Of a stretch of DNA of 64,000 bases, positions 28,801 through 39,082 are shown in pieces. The stretch is from an uncultured Thermotogae bacterium (GTDB lineage: Bacteria > Bipolaricaulota > Bipolaricaulia > M55B111): assembly GCA_964614065.1 (NCBI GenBank), contig CAZTJJ010000001.1, forward strand, positions 9,028-73,027, given 5' to 3'. The notes below the pieces were generated by a model. It was not told where the DNA came from, ran no database searches, and was given only the letters and a program-made list of their open reading frames with translations. The translations under genes were made by a program, and so were the position numbers. Numbering within the stretch: the stretch's first letter is position 1; each line of letters starts with the position of its first letter.

Positions 28801-29949
28801 TTAGGGGCCTATGGCAGCAAAAATATCCAATAACCGTTCCCGGTTAACCCCCTGTCCTAATAAATAGTAGAAACTTTCTTCAATTTGCCCGCCCACTTCC
28901 AGAATCGATCTGTCAAGATTGTCAGAGAGCCGATCTTGGACGCTTTTACCTCTGTCTGCAACTTTGATCTTTTTGTCGTTGACCTCTGTTTCTTCGCCGT
29001 TTTCAGATAGGTAAGCTCTGTGCCTATTCATTTCTCTCGAGAGATAGTTACCCGCCAGCAACTGTAGAGATGATTTTTCCTCTTCTTTAGAAGAAGATAG
29101 AAAACCAATTGAGGCGTAAGCACGATCCTTTTTCTGGTTAATCATCATGGATAACCTGTCGCCCATGGGCTCGAACCCTTCTTCTTCGATTTTTTCTAGA
29201 TCAAGTGGTATAGGGAATTCTTCTGAAAATTGGTCTTCAGTAAAGTCTTTTTGTTCAAAGAGCAGATCTATCTTGGATGAATCAAATTCGAAGTTCTTCT
29301 CGGAAAGTTTGTCAACTTGATAGTCGGAGTATTCTACGAAAATAGGCCCTCCCTGACTACTTGGAAATCGCAGTTGATCACGTTGCCCTGGGTGATAGGT
29401 AATCTTCAAAGGCAGATTAGTTTCAGTGTCTATGGCAAGTTCAGCCTTGTCCAGGCTAAAAACTTCGTCCTTTAAGAATAGTGATCTTTGAGTCACTTTC
29501 GGTTTCAATCCCAATCTTTGTACTTTTCTGCCGCTAATTTTGCCTTCCCCGTTGTCTTTAAGCAAGAAATCTTTAACTAAGGTGGTTAAGAATTTCAGCT
29601 GGCCAATTACGTCGACTCCACCAAATGGAGAGTAGATGTTTTTACCTTCCTTTTTTATTGCTGTATCTTTGTTCAGCATATGTAACCAGGTCGATTTCCC
29701 GTCGTAAGTGATTTTAGTATTCTCGAGATCGTCGCCATTGAATTCAGGACCACCAAAAAGCTTCGTTTCAAATTCCTCGAGAGGGTTGGAGAATTCGTCG
29801 TATTCAACTGTAAGTTTTCGAGGCTTCTTAAATCTGAGATGTGCTTGAATCCTCAGATTTCCAGCGGTGATCTCCTGATCACATTCAAAACTTTGGAGAT
29901 TTTCGTAGGCTTCACCGGTTTTTAGAGCGAAATCGCGTAGATTTATCAT
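28801..29949 (-). CDS. Hypothetical protein; the N-terminal ~200 aa may have a LolA-like fold.
   Basis: Long clean ORF convergent with dnaJ; no recognisable catalytic motif and no obvious signal peptide. Confidence 0.45.
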   Translation of the reverse strand: MINLRDFALKTGEAYENLQSFECDQEITAGNLRIQAHLRFKKPRKLTVEYDEFSNPLEEFETKLFGGPEFNGDDLENTKITYDGKSTWLHMLNKDTAIKKEGKNIYSPFGGVDVIGQLKFLTTLVKDFLLKDNGEGKISGRKVQRLGLKPKVTQRSLFLKDEVFSLDKAELAIDTETNLPLKITYHPGQRDQLRFPSSQGGPIFVEYSDYQVDKLSEKNFEFDSSKIDLLFEQKDFTEDQFSEEFPIPLDLEKIEEEGFEPMGDRLSMMINQKKDRAYASIGFLSSSKEEEKSSLQLLAGNYLSREMNRHRAYLSENGEETEVNDKKIKVADRGKSVQDRLSDNLDRSILEVGGQIEESFYYLLGQGVNRERLLDIFAAIGP

Positions 29950-29980
29950 TGGATCACCCGATAGGTGGAGTTAGTTAATT

Positions 29981-31045
29981 TTAAAACAGCTCGTACTTTT
30001 CTTCGTGAATTGTTTCAACGGTCTTCGCAATTAAATCTATTATATGATCTAGATCTGCGAGGCTGACTAACTCGCATGGACTGTGCATGTATCTGTTGGG
30101 AATAGAAATTAGCGCGGTGGCTACGCCGGAGCGAGTTAATTGGATAGCGTTAGCGTCCGTTCCTGTTCCACCTGGGGCCCCGACGACTTGATAAGGAATG
30201 TTATTAGTTTCCGCTGTCTCTTCCATTTTCTTCAGCAGTACCGGGTTTATGTTGGGACCTTTGGAAAGGATAGGTCCTGAATCAATTTTTGTTTCACCAA
30301 CCTTTCTCTTTTCTTTATCCATCATTGGTGTGTCTGTGGCAAAGCCAACGTCTACAGCAATCCCAACGTCAGGATTTATGCCGTATGCAGAGGTGATTGC
30401 TCCTCTTAAGCCGATTTCTTCCTGTACGGTTGCTACTGCGTGAACCTCAGCCTGTGGCTGTAAGTCAGACAACTTTCTGGCAGCTTCTAGGACCACGAAC
30501 CCGCCGCTTTTGTCGTCAAACCCCCTTGCTGCTACTATGTTTCCTTGGAGCCTCTCAAATGAGTAACCTAGAACTCCTGGACTGCCTACCTCGACTAGCT
30601 CTTTAGCCTCCTCTTTGTCAGAAACACCAATGTCGATCCACAGATTTTCTGGCTTGACGACTTCCTTTTTATCCTCTTCTTCCATTAGATGTATCGGTTT
30701 TCTGCCAATAACACCGGTTATGGTTCCATTTTTTCCCTCTAGTTGAACTCTCTGGCCGGGAAAAACTTGGTTGTCCCACCCGCCGATAGTGGTAAAAAAC
30801 AAATACCCTTCGTCATTGATTTGGCTTATCATTATCCCAATTTCGTCAGTATGGCCGGCAAGCATGACAGTGGGGTTGCCCCCTTTATTGACGACGGCGA
30901 AAGAGTTACCGTGCCGATCACCGTGTACATCGTCAGCGAAAATCTGTGCTTCGTCTTTCCACAATTTTGCGGCTTTTTCTTCAAATCCCGAGGGACTGAT
31001 TGTATTTACGTATTCTTCAAGGAATTCGAGTGTTTTTTCGTTCAT
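29981..31045 (-). CDS. M42-family aminopeptidase (FrvX/CelM-like).
   Basis: 'MLAGHTDEIG', a metal-binding 'HxD...D...EE...H' pattern, 354 aa. Confidence 0.85.
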   Translation of the reverse strand: MNEKTLEFLEEYVNTISPSGFEEKAAKLWKDEAQIFADDVHGDRHGNSFAVVNKGGNPTVMLAGHTDEIGIMISQINDEGYLFFTTIGGWDNQVFPGQRVQLEGKNGTITGVIGRKPIHLMEEEDKKEVVKPENLWIDIGVSDKEEAKELVEVGSPGVLGYSFERLQGNIVAARGFDDKSGGFVVLEAARKLSDLQPQAEVHAVATVQEEIGLRGAITSAYGINPDVGIAVDVGFATDTPMMDKEKRKVGETKIDSGPILSKGPNINPVLLKKMEETAETNNIPYQVVGAPGGTGTDANAIQLTRSGVATALISIPNRYMHSPCELVSLADLDHIIDLIAKTVETIHEEKYELF

Positions 31046-31110
31046 TGTTTTTCGCCTCCAGACTTTTGAATATTGACAAAATAACGAATAATTTTCAACA
31101 AGCTGAGTTC

Positions 31111-31160
31111 ACCAAAATTAGCCGAGGAAGCCTAATAGCTTACTGCGGGGTTATTGACTA
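31111..31160. repeat. Copy D, a short member of the repeat family. It shares an exact 22-mer, ACCAAAATTAGCCGAGGAAGCC, with 61001-61022.
   Basis: The same 22-mer is followed in both places by related ...AGCTT.C..GGGG...TTATTGAC sequence. Confidence 0.7.
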
Positions 31161-31338
31161 GCTCCTTTGCTGATTTACTTTGGTTGAACTTCGTGCGCCA
31201 TTCGCTGTTGACACTTCCTCCCCTGTGGAGAACGGGAAGTCTCTCCTCAACGTATGAGTTTCGAGTACATTTATTATGAGTCAATTCGCCTTTGTATCTC
31301 TGATTTCGCGTAGGGTCTTGCACCTAACACTTTACATG

Positions 31339-31367
31339 TTGACAAGGGTTTTCCATAGTCCTAATAT
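31339..31367 (+). promoter_or_regulatory. Putative sigma-70 promoter for oppA (TTGACA-17-TAATAT).
   Basis: Near-consensus hexamers with a 17-nt spacer, about 120 nt upstream of the oppA ATG. Confidence 0.45.
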
Positions 31368-31485
31368 TAAGGTGCAGCCTAGATATGGGGGGGTGAGAAA
31401 AACTCAAACTGTACTTGAATACTTTTCCAGACAGTGGTCTTACTAACTCTGGATTTTACTCAGTTCAATTCAAGGAGGTATACTT

Positions 31486-33393
31486 ATGAGTTCTACTTCT
31501 AAGAAAAGTCTTATTTTTGGACTCTCTTTTGTACTGATTTTCTCGCTTATGATCGTTGGCTTTGCGCAGGATAAACCGGAGGTTAAAAATCCTAACTTAC
31601 TGAATGTCGTGACCAGCGGTACGGCTAACACCTTGGATCCTGCTTACACCTACGATACTGCTAGCGGGACCATCATTCAAAATGTTTATGAAAACTTGTT
31701 GCGTTATCCTTATGGGACAGTTGACGGGAACGAGAAGAAAACGGAAGGATACAGTGTAAGTTCATTTGAACCACTTCTTGCTGCTAAAGTTCCTTCAAAG
31801 GATAACGGTCTTATAAGAGAAACCGCAGGTGGCGGAGTGATATACGAATTCCCGATAAGGCAGGGAGTTACTTTCCATAATGGAAACAAGTTGACTCCGG
31901 AAGACGTGGAATATTCCTTCGAGAGGACGATGATTCAGGACAGGTCGGGTGGGCCTTCGTGGATGATTTTACAACCGTTAACAGGATATGGAAGTATTAA
32001 GAGTATAGTTAAGGCCGTAGCCGGGGTTGACGAGTTCGCGGATGCCACCAGTGAAGACCGCGTTGCAGCCTTTAATTCGTTTATTGACCCAGCCGTAGAG
32101 ACTAAAGGTAACAGTGTCGTCTTTAAGTTGCCTAAATCCTATCCTCCGTTCTTAAACATCCTCACCCATGGTTCTGCATGGTCGGCAATTATGGATAAAG
32201 AATGGGTAATTGAGCAGGGTGGCTGGCCAGGAACTGCTGATACTTGGGTCGAATATCATAACCCAGGGGGCGGTTCGGCTGCAGAGGATTCCGTACTATA
32301 TGACGTGATGAATGGAACAGGCCCGTTTAAATTGGAACGTTGGGACCCTGGAACGGAAGTCGTATTTAGTCGAAACGATAACTACTGGCGTGAACCCGCT
32401 AAGGTGAAGCGTTTTATTATTCAAAAAATCGACGAGTGGGGAACCCGAAGGCTCAAGTTCATCAACGGCGAAGCGGATATTTGCTATGTACCGCTGCAGT
32501 ACCTTGGACAGGTTGAAGGGACAGAGGGAGTAAAGGTACAGAAACACCTACCCACGATACAAATGAACCCGGCAGCTTTCTTCACGCAGGATGTAATAGT
32601 GGAGAATAACGATCTGGTTGGCTCGGGCACCTGGGGCGATGGTATCCCCTCTAATTTCTTCAATGACGTTAAGGTAAGAAAGGCCTTTAACTACGCTTTT
32701 GAATACGATGCCTTTATTGAACAGGTTCTCCAGGGCCTTGGATACAAGACGAACGGTCCCGTTCCAAAGAACATGCAACCATATTACAACGATGACCTTG
32801 AACTCTACAGTCATGATCTCGATAAAGCGGAGCAATTGCTCAAGGAAGCCCACGGTGGGGAACTCTGGGAGAAAGGGTTTACCTTCACTATTCTATACAA
32901 TACTGGAAACGAATCCAGGAAGACGGCGTCCAATATATTTGAAGCAAATATTGAGAAAATCAATCCCAACTTCGAGATTAAGGTTAGAGGTGTCGATTGG
33001 TCCACGTATCTAGACCAAATGATCGGGACCAAAATGCCTCTGTTCATTATTGGATGGCTGGCTGACTTCCCCGACCCTCATAACTTCGTTACGCCGTTCA
33101 TGGCTTCCGATGGAACTTTCTCAGGCTGGCAGGGCGAGGGAATGGTCGAAATGGCCAAAGAGCAGTTTGATCCTTTAATTGAGCAAGGAATGGCCACGGT
33201 TGACGTGGAGAAACGTAAGAAAACCTACTACGAGCTTCAGAAACTTGCGCACGATCTCGCAATAGATGTCTGGTTACCTCAGGCAGAAGGAACTAGGATT
33301 CTTCGATCCTGGGTCCAGGACGTGCCGTTCAACCCGATGTTCGCTAATTCATGGTCCTATGCTTATCCAATATGGAAAGGTTATGAGGACTAA
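31486..33393 (+). CDS. ABC transporter substrate-binding protein, family 5 (oligopeptide/nickel type).
   Basis: 635 aa, N-terminal signal/anchor, SBP_bac_5-like sequence; followed by two permease genes. Confidence 0.85.
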   Translation: MSSTSKKSLIFGLSFVLIFSLMIVGFAQDKPEVKNPNLLNVVTSGTANTLDPAYTYDTASGTIIQNVYENLLRYPYGTVDGNEKKTEGYSVSSFEPLLAAKVPSKDNGLIRETAGGGVIYEFPIRQGVTFHNGNKLTPEDVEYSFERTMIQDRSGGPSWMILQPLTGYGSIKSIVKAVAGVDEFADATSEDRVAAFNSFIDPAVETKGNSVVFKLPKSYPPFLNILTHGSAWSAIMDKEWVIEQGGWPGTADTWVEYHNPGGGSAAEDSVLYDVMNGTGPFKLERWDPGTEVVFSRNDNYWREPAKVKRFIIQKIDEWGTRRLKFINGEADICYVPLQYLGQVEGTEGVKVQKHLPTIQMNPAAFFTQDVIVENNDLVGSGTWGDGIPSNFFNDVKVRKAFNYAFEYDAFIEQVLQGLGYKTNGPVPKNMQPYYNDDLELYSHDLDKAEQLLKEAHGGELWEKGFTFTILYNTGNESRKTASNIFEANIEKINPNFEIKVRGVDWSTYLDQMIGTKMPLFIIGWLADFPDPHNFVTPFMASDGTFSGWQGEGMVEMAKEQFDPLIEQGMATVDVEKRKKTYYELQKLAHDLAIDVWLPQAEGTRILRSWVQDVPFNPMFANSWSYAYPIWKGYED

Positions 33394-33418
33394 CTATCGT
33401 TAGAAGGTTTTATGGGTT

Positions 33419-33463
33419 GGGTCAGGGAGTCAATCCCTGACCCGCCTTTTTATTTAATTTTTT
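33419..33463 (+). terminator. Intra-operon rho-independent terminator or attenuator between the SBP and permease genes.
   Basis: Perfect 10-bp stem GGGTCAGGGA/TCCCTGACCC with a 5-nt loop, followed by GCCTTTTTATTTAATTTTTT. Confidence 0.7.
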
Positions 33464-33486
33464 GGGAGGGGACGAGAGCAGAGATA

Positions 33487-34521
33487 ATGTTAGCCTATAC
33501 CACCCGCAGGGTTCTTGTTTTACCTTTTGTACTTCTGGGGATATTGCTAATAATATTTGGGATGTTACAACTTTTGTCGGCTAATCAGCGGTTATCGACG
33601 TTTATTTCAAGTCCTGCAGAGCTCAAAAATACTGATATCGAGGTATTAAAGGAAGAGTATGGGCTAAATGATCCGATTTGGGTCAGATTTGGCCGCTGGC
33701 TAGATGACGTTGTTCATCTAAGGTTTGGATGGTCCGAGAGTGCCAAGATGACGGCCAAAAGAGCGTTTTTGCGGTTTTTCCCTGTATCTATAGAGCTTGC
33801 CCTTTGGTCGGCGCTACCCATCATTCTAGGAGGAATCTGGTTGGGAACTGTAGCCGCGGTAAATCATAACAACGTGGTTGATCATATCACGAGGCTATTC
33901 GCTATTGTTGGTTGGTCTTTACCATCCTTTGTTGCAGGGTTGCTTCTGTTAATGGTTTTTTACGGGGGTATTGTCACATGGTTTCCTCCGGGACGGCTAG
34001 GGCTTGAGGCATCCGAAATAGTGCATTCAGCCCAGTTTGTTAGATACACGCAGTTGAACACCATTGATGCATTACTTAACTGGAATTGGTTCGTGTTTAC
34101 CGATGCTGTGAGGCACATTATCTTACCTGCAATAGTTATGTCCTACGTTCGCTGGGCGATGTTGTTAAGGATTATGAGATCTAGTCTCTTAGAAACGTTA
34201 CGCAAAGACTACGTCCAAACGGCTCGTGCGAAAGGGCTAAAGGAAAACGTCGTCATTAAAAAACACGCCCGAAGAAACGCCTTAATTCCTGTTGTCACGG
34301 TTGCTGGAATTTATGTGGCATTTTTGATCAACGGGCTGGTAATAACGGAGACCATTTTCGACTGGCACGGTCTTGGTCGTTGGGCTGTTACAGCTGCACA
34401 GCAATTTGATACTTCTACCCTGATGTTATTTGCGTTATTTAATGGAGTGTTGCTGGTTCTTGCCAATTTGGTTGTAGATTTGATTTACGCCTATCTAGAC
34501 CCAAGGGTTACCTACGATTGA
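33487..34521 (+). CDS. ABC transporter permease, OppB/DppB type.
   Basis: Six TM segments with an EAA-like loop. The start is moved to ATG at 33487 (MLAYTTRR...) because the track ORF begins inside the terminator. Confidence 0.85.
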   Translation: MLAYTTRRVLVLPFVLLGILLIIFGMLQLLSANQRLSTFISSPAELKNTDIEVLKEEYGLNDPIWVRFGRWLDDVVHLRFGWSESAKMTAKRAFLRFFPVSIELALWSALPIILGGIWLGTVAAVNHNNVVDHITRLFAIVGWSLPSFVAGLLLLMVFYGGIVTWFPPGRLGLEASEIVHSAQFVRYTQLNTIDALLNWNWFVFTDAVRHIILPAIVMSYVRWAMLLRIMRSSLLETLRKDYVQTARAKGLKENVVIKKHARRNALIPVVTVAGIYVAFLINGLVITETIFDWHGLGRWAVTAAQQFDTSTLMLFALFNGVLLVLANLVVDLIYAYLDPRVTYD

Positions 34522-34522
34522 G

Positions 34523-35407
34523 ATGAAAAGAAAACTCATCAAGTTACTTACCAATCCGTTGTCGGTTGTCGGTCTTGCATTAATCTTCTTTTTTGTGGGA
34601 GTAGCAATTGCTGCCCCCTGGATCGCTCCTCCAGAAGATCCTGACGAGCCTTACAGAGTTCCCAGGGATGGCTGGTCTTCTACTCCCAAGCCACCAGGTG
34701 AAGGTCATATATTTGGTACCACACAAGGTCAGTACGATATCTTTTATGGCGTTGTATGGGGTACCAGGACAGCGTTTCGGGTTTCCTTGATGGTAGTCGG
34801 ATTGTCGTCTATAATCGGGATCATTGTCGGGACTCTAGCTGCTTACTATGGAGGAGCAGTCGATAGCGTATTGATGCGGATAGTCGACGTTTTTTACTCC
34901 ATCCCTTACTTGGTTGCGGCCATGGTATTGACAACGATTCTTGGAAGAAGCTTAACAAACGCGTTAATTGCATTGATTGTTTTCGGCTGGATGGGTTATG
35001 CCCGTCTTATTAGAGGTAATATTCTATCCGTTAAGGAAGAAGAATACGTTTCATCTGCTAACGCGGTCGGGGCGACTGATTTTCGCATTATCTTTAGGCA
35101 TATTCTACCCAACTCTATTTTCCCGGTGGTTGTACAAGCCTCCATGAATATGGGCACTATTGTGATTACTGCAGCCACACTAAGTTTTCTTGGAGTAGGT
35201 GCACCGTCTGGTTACGCCGACTGGGGTCAGATGATAAGTTTCGCCAGAAATTGGATACTTGGGATTCAGGGAAACACCTTTCAGTACTGGTATACTGTAG
35301 TCATACCTGGAGCGTCAATTACCCTTTTCTGCCTTTCGTGGAACCTTGTCGGAGACGCATTTAGGGACATCATGGATCCCAAGCTACAGGGAGGCGGCGG
35401 GATGTAG
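34523..35407 (+). CDS. ABC transporter permease, OppC/DppC type.
   Basis: 294 aa, TM-rich with an N-terminal OppC-like extension. Confidence 0.85.
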   Translation: MKRKLIKLLTNPLSVVGLALIFFFVGVAIAAPWIAPPEDPDEPYRVPRDGWSSTPKPPGEGHIFGTTQGQYDIFYGVVWGTRTAFRVSLMVVGLSSIIGIIVGTLAAYYGGAVDSVLMRIVDVFYSIPYLVAAMVLTTILGRSLTNALIALIVFGWMGYARLIRGNILSVKEEEYVSSANAVGATDFRIIFRHILPNSIFPVVVQASMNMGTIVITAATLSFLGVGAPSGYADWGQMISFARNWILGIQGNTFQYWYTVVIPGASITLFCLSWNLVGDAFRDIMDPKLQGGGGM

Positions 35408-35561
35408 TGAGGCACCATGGCTCTGGCAATTATCTTTCTTTTGCATCTGCATCCAGACCGAAATTGATAGTAGGACAGTACTGTAACTTGTTGTATTAGT
35501 TAGAAGATAATCATTAGGGAGAAAGTCGAACAGCTTAGCTCAGAGTTTGTACGCGCTGTTA

Positions 35562-35590
35562 TTGCGTGACCTAGCCCGCTGTGCTATACT
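35562..35590 (+). promoter_or_regulatory. Putative sigma-70 promoter (TTGCGT-17-TATACT) upstream of the EF-G-like gene.
   Basis: Hexamers and spacing about 85 nt upstream of the ATG at 35676. Confidence 0.35.
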
Positions 35591-35675
35591 CGATTACGTT
35601 TACGTAACTATCCTGTCTTTAAGTTTAGCAAATTTAATAATTGATGCTATGTTGATGAATTGAGGTGATAACTTC

Positions 35676-37613
35676 ATGGCGAATTCTAAGACTTTGAGTC
35701 TAATTGGACATTCTGGGACTGGGAAATCTGAACTCGCAAAGAAATTTTTACAGATGAGCGGGATCGACGGGGAACTCACCTTTGATCCCTCGCCTGAGGA
35801 AAAAGACCATGGCCATTCCATAGATTTGAGTATCGGTTCATTCAAGTATAGTGGACAATCCTGGAATGTGCTAGATACACCTGGTGCCGATGAGTTTGTG
35901 GAAGAGGTCTACAAAGGTGTGTTTATGTCAGAGTCAAGCTTGTTGTTTGTCGATGGGGAAAAAGGTGTTCAAGCCCATACCGAAGGGTTATGGGATATAT
36001 CGCAACAGTATGATAAACCCACTGCCGTCTTTATGAATAAGATGGATAAGGAGGAGGCTAACTTTGACGAATCTCTAACCGAAATTAGGGAAACTTTCGA
36101 GAAAAATATAGTGGTCTTGCAAATTCCGATAACTGAAGGTGGAGAATTTGTTGGTTTGGTTAACGTCCACAGAGCAGAGGCCATATATTTTGACGAGAGT
36201 TCGAATGACCTTCCTGATAAACTTTCTGACACTCTAGAGTCAGAGCGCGAGAGGCTACTTGAAGCGTTAGCTGAGCAGGATGATGAATTAATGATGAAGT
36301 ACCTGGAGGAGGAAGAAATAACGGACGAAGATATTGGTCGTGCTCTGAATAAAGGATTCAAGTCTAATGAGTTCGCTCCGCTACTTGTTGGTTCAGTCGA
36401 GGAGGATTTGGGACTTGATTTGCTTTTGTCTCATTTAACCGATCTGGTACCCGAGTTTGATCCTGAGGAGAGTAGCGGACGCTCGGATCTATTGGTGTTT
36501 AATCTCTTATCGGACCCCTATTTGGGGCGTCTTTCGTTCGTGAAGGTGTATGGTAAGGAGTTAAGAGAAAACGTGAGTTTGAGGAATGTCCGTACAGGTG
36601 ATGACGTGGAAATATCCGACATGTATAGATATCACGGAGGAGATCAGGAGAAAATACACGAGGCGTCCTGTGGTGATATTGTGGCTTTGGGGAAACTGGA
36701 AGAGGTAGCTTTGGGGGATACTTTGACTGATACTGGCGATGAACTGATTGAATTTATCGAGTTCCCCACCCCCGTGTACGATCGCGCAGTTCACCCAAAG
36801 AGCAGGGAAGATGAAACCAAGATGAGCACAGCATTACAGGAGTTAGTTTCAACAAAAGCCACCATTTCTTATCATAGAGATGACGTTACCGAAGAGATGA
36901 TCCTGTCAGGTATGGGCGCGAATCATCTCGATATTTTCAGGGAGAGATTAAAAAGTAGCTTTAACGTAGAGATCGAAACTTCTGAACCTAAGGTACCTTA
37001 CAAGCAGAGTGTTGCGAAAAAGGCAAAAGCAAAATATCGACACAAGAAACAATCAGGTGGTCGCGGTCAATATGGAGAGGTCTATCTAGAGGTTACTCCT
37101 TTGAAGCGTGGTTCGGGATTTGAGTTCGAGAATAACATAAAAGGTGGTAATATTCCCACCCAATTTATTCCCGGCGTTGAAAAAGGCGTTCTGGAAGCTT
37201 TGGATCAGGAATACCCAATTACGGATTTAAAGGCTACTGTATACGATGGTGCCCATCATCCAGTGGATTCTTCCGAGATGGCATTTAAAATTGCTGGTAG
37301 AGAGGCTTGCAAAAAGGCTGTTGAGAACGGCAAGAAAATTTTATTGGAGCCTATTATGAAAGTTACGGTGAGAACACCCGGCGATTTTACTGGTGACATC
37401 ATTAGTGATCTGAATGGTCGTCGAGGAAGAATTCTGGGATCTGACTCTTCTGAGGGTTACACATTAATTAACGCTGAGGTACCACAAGCGGAGGCAAAGA
37501 GTTACGCAACTAGATTAAAATCTTTAACCCAGGCAAGGGCTTCATTTCAGATGGAATTTTCCAAGTATCAAAGAGTACCAAGTAACATCGCGGATAAGGT
37601 CTTCGCAGAGTAG
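35676..37613 (+). CDS. EF-G-family paralogue. Domains III-V are well conserved, but the G domain is divergent and the catalytic His is replaced (DTPGADEF).
   Basis: 645 aa. P-loop 'GHSGTGKS', G3 'DTPGA' instead of DTPGH, G4 'NKMD'. Domain IV/V 'SGGRGQYGEVYLEV...AHHPVDSSEMAFKIAG...LLEPIMKV' aligns closely with EF-G. Confidence 0.8.
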   Translation: MANSKTLSLIGHSGTGKSELAKKFLQMSGIDGELTFDPSPEEKDHGHSIDLSIGSFKYSGQSWNVLDTPGADEFVEEVYKGVFMSESSLLFVDGEKGVQAHTEGLWDISQQYDKPTAVFMNKMDKEEANFDESLTEIRETFEKNIVVLQIPITEGGEFVGLVNVHRAEAIYFDESSNDLPDKLSDTLESERERLLEALAEQDDELMMKYLEEEEITDEDIGRALNKGFKSNEFAPLLVGSVEEDLGLDLLLSHLTDLVPEFDPEESSGRSDLLVFNLLSDPYLGRLSFVKVYGKELRENVSLRNVRTGDDVEISDMYRYHGGDQEKIHEASCGDIVALGKLEEVALGDTLTDTGDELIEFIEFPTPVYDRAVHPKSREDETKMSTALQELVSTKATISYHRDDVTEEMILSGMGANHLDIFRERLKSSFNVEIETSEPKVPYKQSVAKKAKAKYRHKKQSGGRGQYGEVYLEVTPLKRGSGFEFENNIKGGNIPTQFIPGVEKGVLEALDQEYPITDLKATVYDGAHHPVDSSEMAFKIAGREACKKAVENGKKILLEPIMKVTVRTPGDFTGDIISDLNGRRGRILGSDSSEGYTLINAEVPQAEAKSYATRLKSLTQARASFQMEFSKYQRVPSNIADKVFAE

Positions 37614-37617
37614 GGCA

Positions 37618-38205
37618 ATGTTAGTAAGAGAATTTATAACGACTGATCCTGCTACGGTTGCTGAAGGAGCTACAGTCTCTCATACCAGGGAATTAATGGA
37701 AGGAAATAACTTTCGTATTATTTTTGTTATGGATAGCGAGGAGAGACTTAGTGGTTTTTTAACCTATGAGTCAATAAAAGACAAGCCTGATGACAGGTTA
37801 ATTGACGACTTTATATCCCATTCCACACTGCACGCGCGGGTTGACGACACCATAGATAAAGCAGTCAGTATTATCAGAGAGTACAGTTTGATGGTTTTGC
37901 CCGTTGTTGACCGGGATAGGAAACTGGTGGGAGTTCTGACGCCGGGTAAATTGTTTGAGGAGTTTTCGGAACTTTTAAATTTTGGTGAAGGTGGTTTCTG
38001 GTTGACGTTGAATTCTAATGATTTGGTTGACATCGAGAATTTGGTGTCAGTTGTAAATAAACACGACGTACAACTTCTTAGCCTATTAAATTCTCCCTCC
38101 GATGAAGAAAATAGATTGATTGTGAAGATTGGTAGAGTCAAGGATGCGGAAAAGTTTCGAGAATCTCTTGAGAGGGCGATGAGTAATGAAAAAGATATCC
38201 GTTAA
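37618..38205 (+). CDS. CBS-pair domain protein.
   Basis: Two CBS-like motifs ('...FRIIFVMD...' and '...[18 protein letters not shown]'). Confidence 0.7.
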   Translation: MLVREFITTDPATVAEGATVSHTRELMEGNNFRIIFVMDSEERLSGFLTYESIKDKPDDRLIDDFISHSTLHARVDDTIDKAVSIIREYSLMVLPVVDRDRKLVGVLTPGKLFEEFSELLNFGEGGFWLTLNSNDLVDIENLVSVVNKHDVQLLSLLNSPSDEENRLIVKIGRVKDAEKFRESLERAMSNEKDIR

Positions 38206-38578
38206 ATCCAGTGAGCGGATTGAGTTTATCGATATTACTTCCAAAGTAAATGAACTGATTGAGAAGGCCGGGATTGAGGAAGGTATTTGTTATCTTTACG
38301 TGCCTCACACTACCGCCGCTGTTACCATCAATGAATCTGCAGATCCGGATGTGGTTAAGGACATTGCCGGTCAGTTGAAGGAACTAGTCCCGTCCAGCAA
38401 GAATTACAGACACAGAGAGGGAAATGCGGATTCCCATATTAAGTCAAGTCTCATGGGAAGTTCGGTACTGGTTTTTGTCGAGAATGGCCAGTTGAAATTG
38501 GGGACCTGGCAGGGTATATTCTTCTGTGATTTCGATGGACCCAGGACTAGAAGGGTTTGGGTAAAAGTTCGCAAATAA
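38186..38578 (+). CDS. yjbQ: YjbQ/UPF0047-family protein (secondary thiamine-phosphate synthase-like).
   Basis: 130 aa, '[16 protein letters not shown]...[14 protein letters not shown]' matches the YjbQ family. Confidence 0.8.
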   Translation: MKKISVKSSERIEFIDITSKVNELIEKAGIEEGICYLYVPHTTAAVTINESADPDVVKDIAGQLKELVPSSKNYRHREGNADSHIKSSLMGSSVLVFVENGQLKLGTWQGIFFCDFDGPRTRRVWVKVRK

Positions 38579-38629
38579 CGGTAGCGGTTGAAAATCCAGA
38601 GCCCTTTCGGTAAAATCACTCTGCTCTCA

Positions 38630-38705
38630 GCCGGTGTAGCTCAATCGGCAGAGCAGTCGACTTGTAATCGACAGGTTGCCAGTTCAAGTCTGGCCGCCGG
38701 CTCCA
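38630..38705 (+). tRNA. tRNA-Thr, anticodon TGT.
   Basis: 76 nt; acceptor GCCGGUG/CGCCGGC, anticodon stem-loop GUCGA-CUUGUAA-UCGAC, T arm GCCAG-UUCAAGU-CUGGC, then CCA. Confidence 0.9.
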
Positions 38706-38751
38706 GAGTTTGTTTGATCGTGACAAGGATAAGGTAGGTAATTGTTCGCTG

Positions 38752-38837
38752 GGAGGGGTACCGAAGTGGCCAAACGGAGCGGACTGTAAATCCGTTGGCA
38801 GGCGCCTTCGGGGGTTCAAATCCCTCCCCCTCCACCA
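38752..38837 (+). tRNA. tRNA-Tyr, anticodon GTA.
   Basis: 86 nt class II tRNA; anticodon loop CUGUAAA, long variable arm, 3' CCA. Confidence 0.88.
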
Positions 38838-38922
38838 TCCCCTAAAAATTGCTTCTGTAAGCAGTTTCTTGGCGGTTGAGACGTTGATAGTTTTGTAATA
38901 TCATTTTGTTATATTTGGTTAC

Positions 38923-38998
38923 GCCCGTGTAGTTCAGTCGGTAGAACATCCCGTTGGTAATGGGAAGGTCGCCGGTTCAATTCCGGCCGCGGGCTCCA
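38923..38998 (+). tRNA. tRNA-Thr, anticodon GGT.
   Basis: 76 nt; anticodon loop UUGGUAA; T arm GGUUCAAUUCC; CCA end. Confidence 0.9.
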
Positions 38999-39082
38999 AA
39001 ACCGCTTTAGTTAATAGTCGGCGGTTTAGCCATGATTATTTAAAGGTATTTTCATAATTATATAACTTCGAGGAGGTACACG

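Noticed and set aside
38616-38898. Small ORFs (38616-38819 -, 38641-38838 -, 38710-38898 +) overlapping the tRNA cluster
   Set aside because: They overlap three well-folded tRNA genes (Thr, Tyr, Thr) and have no RBS or conservation.
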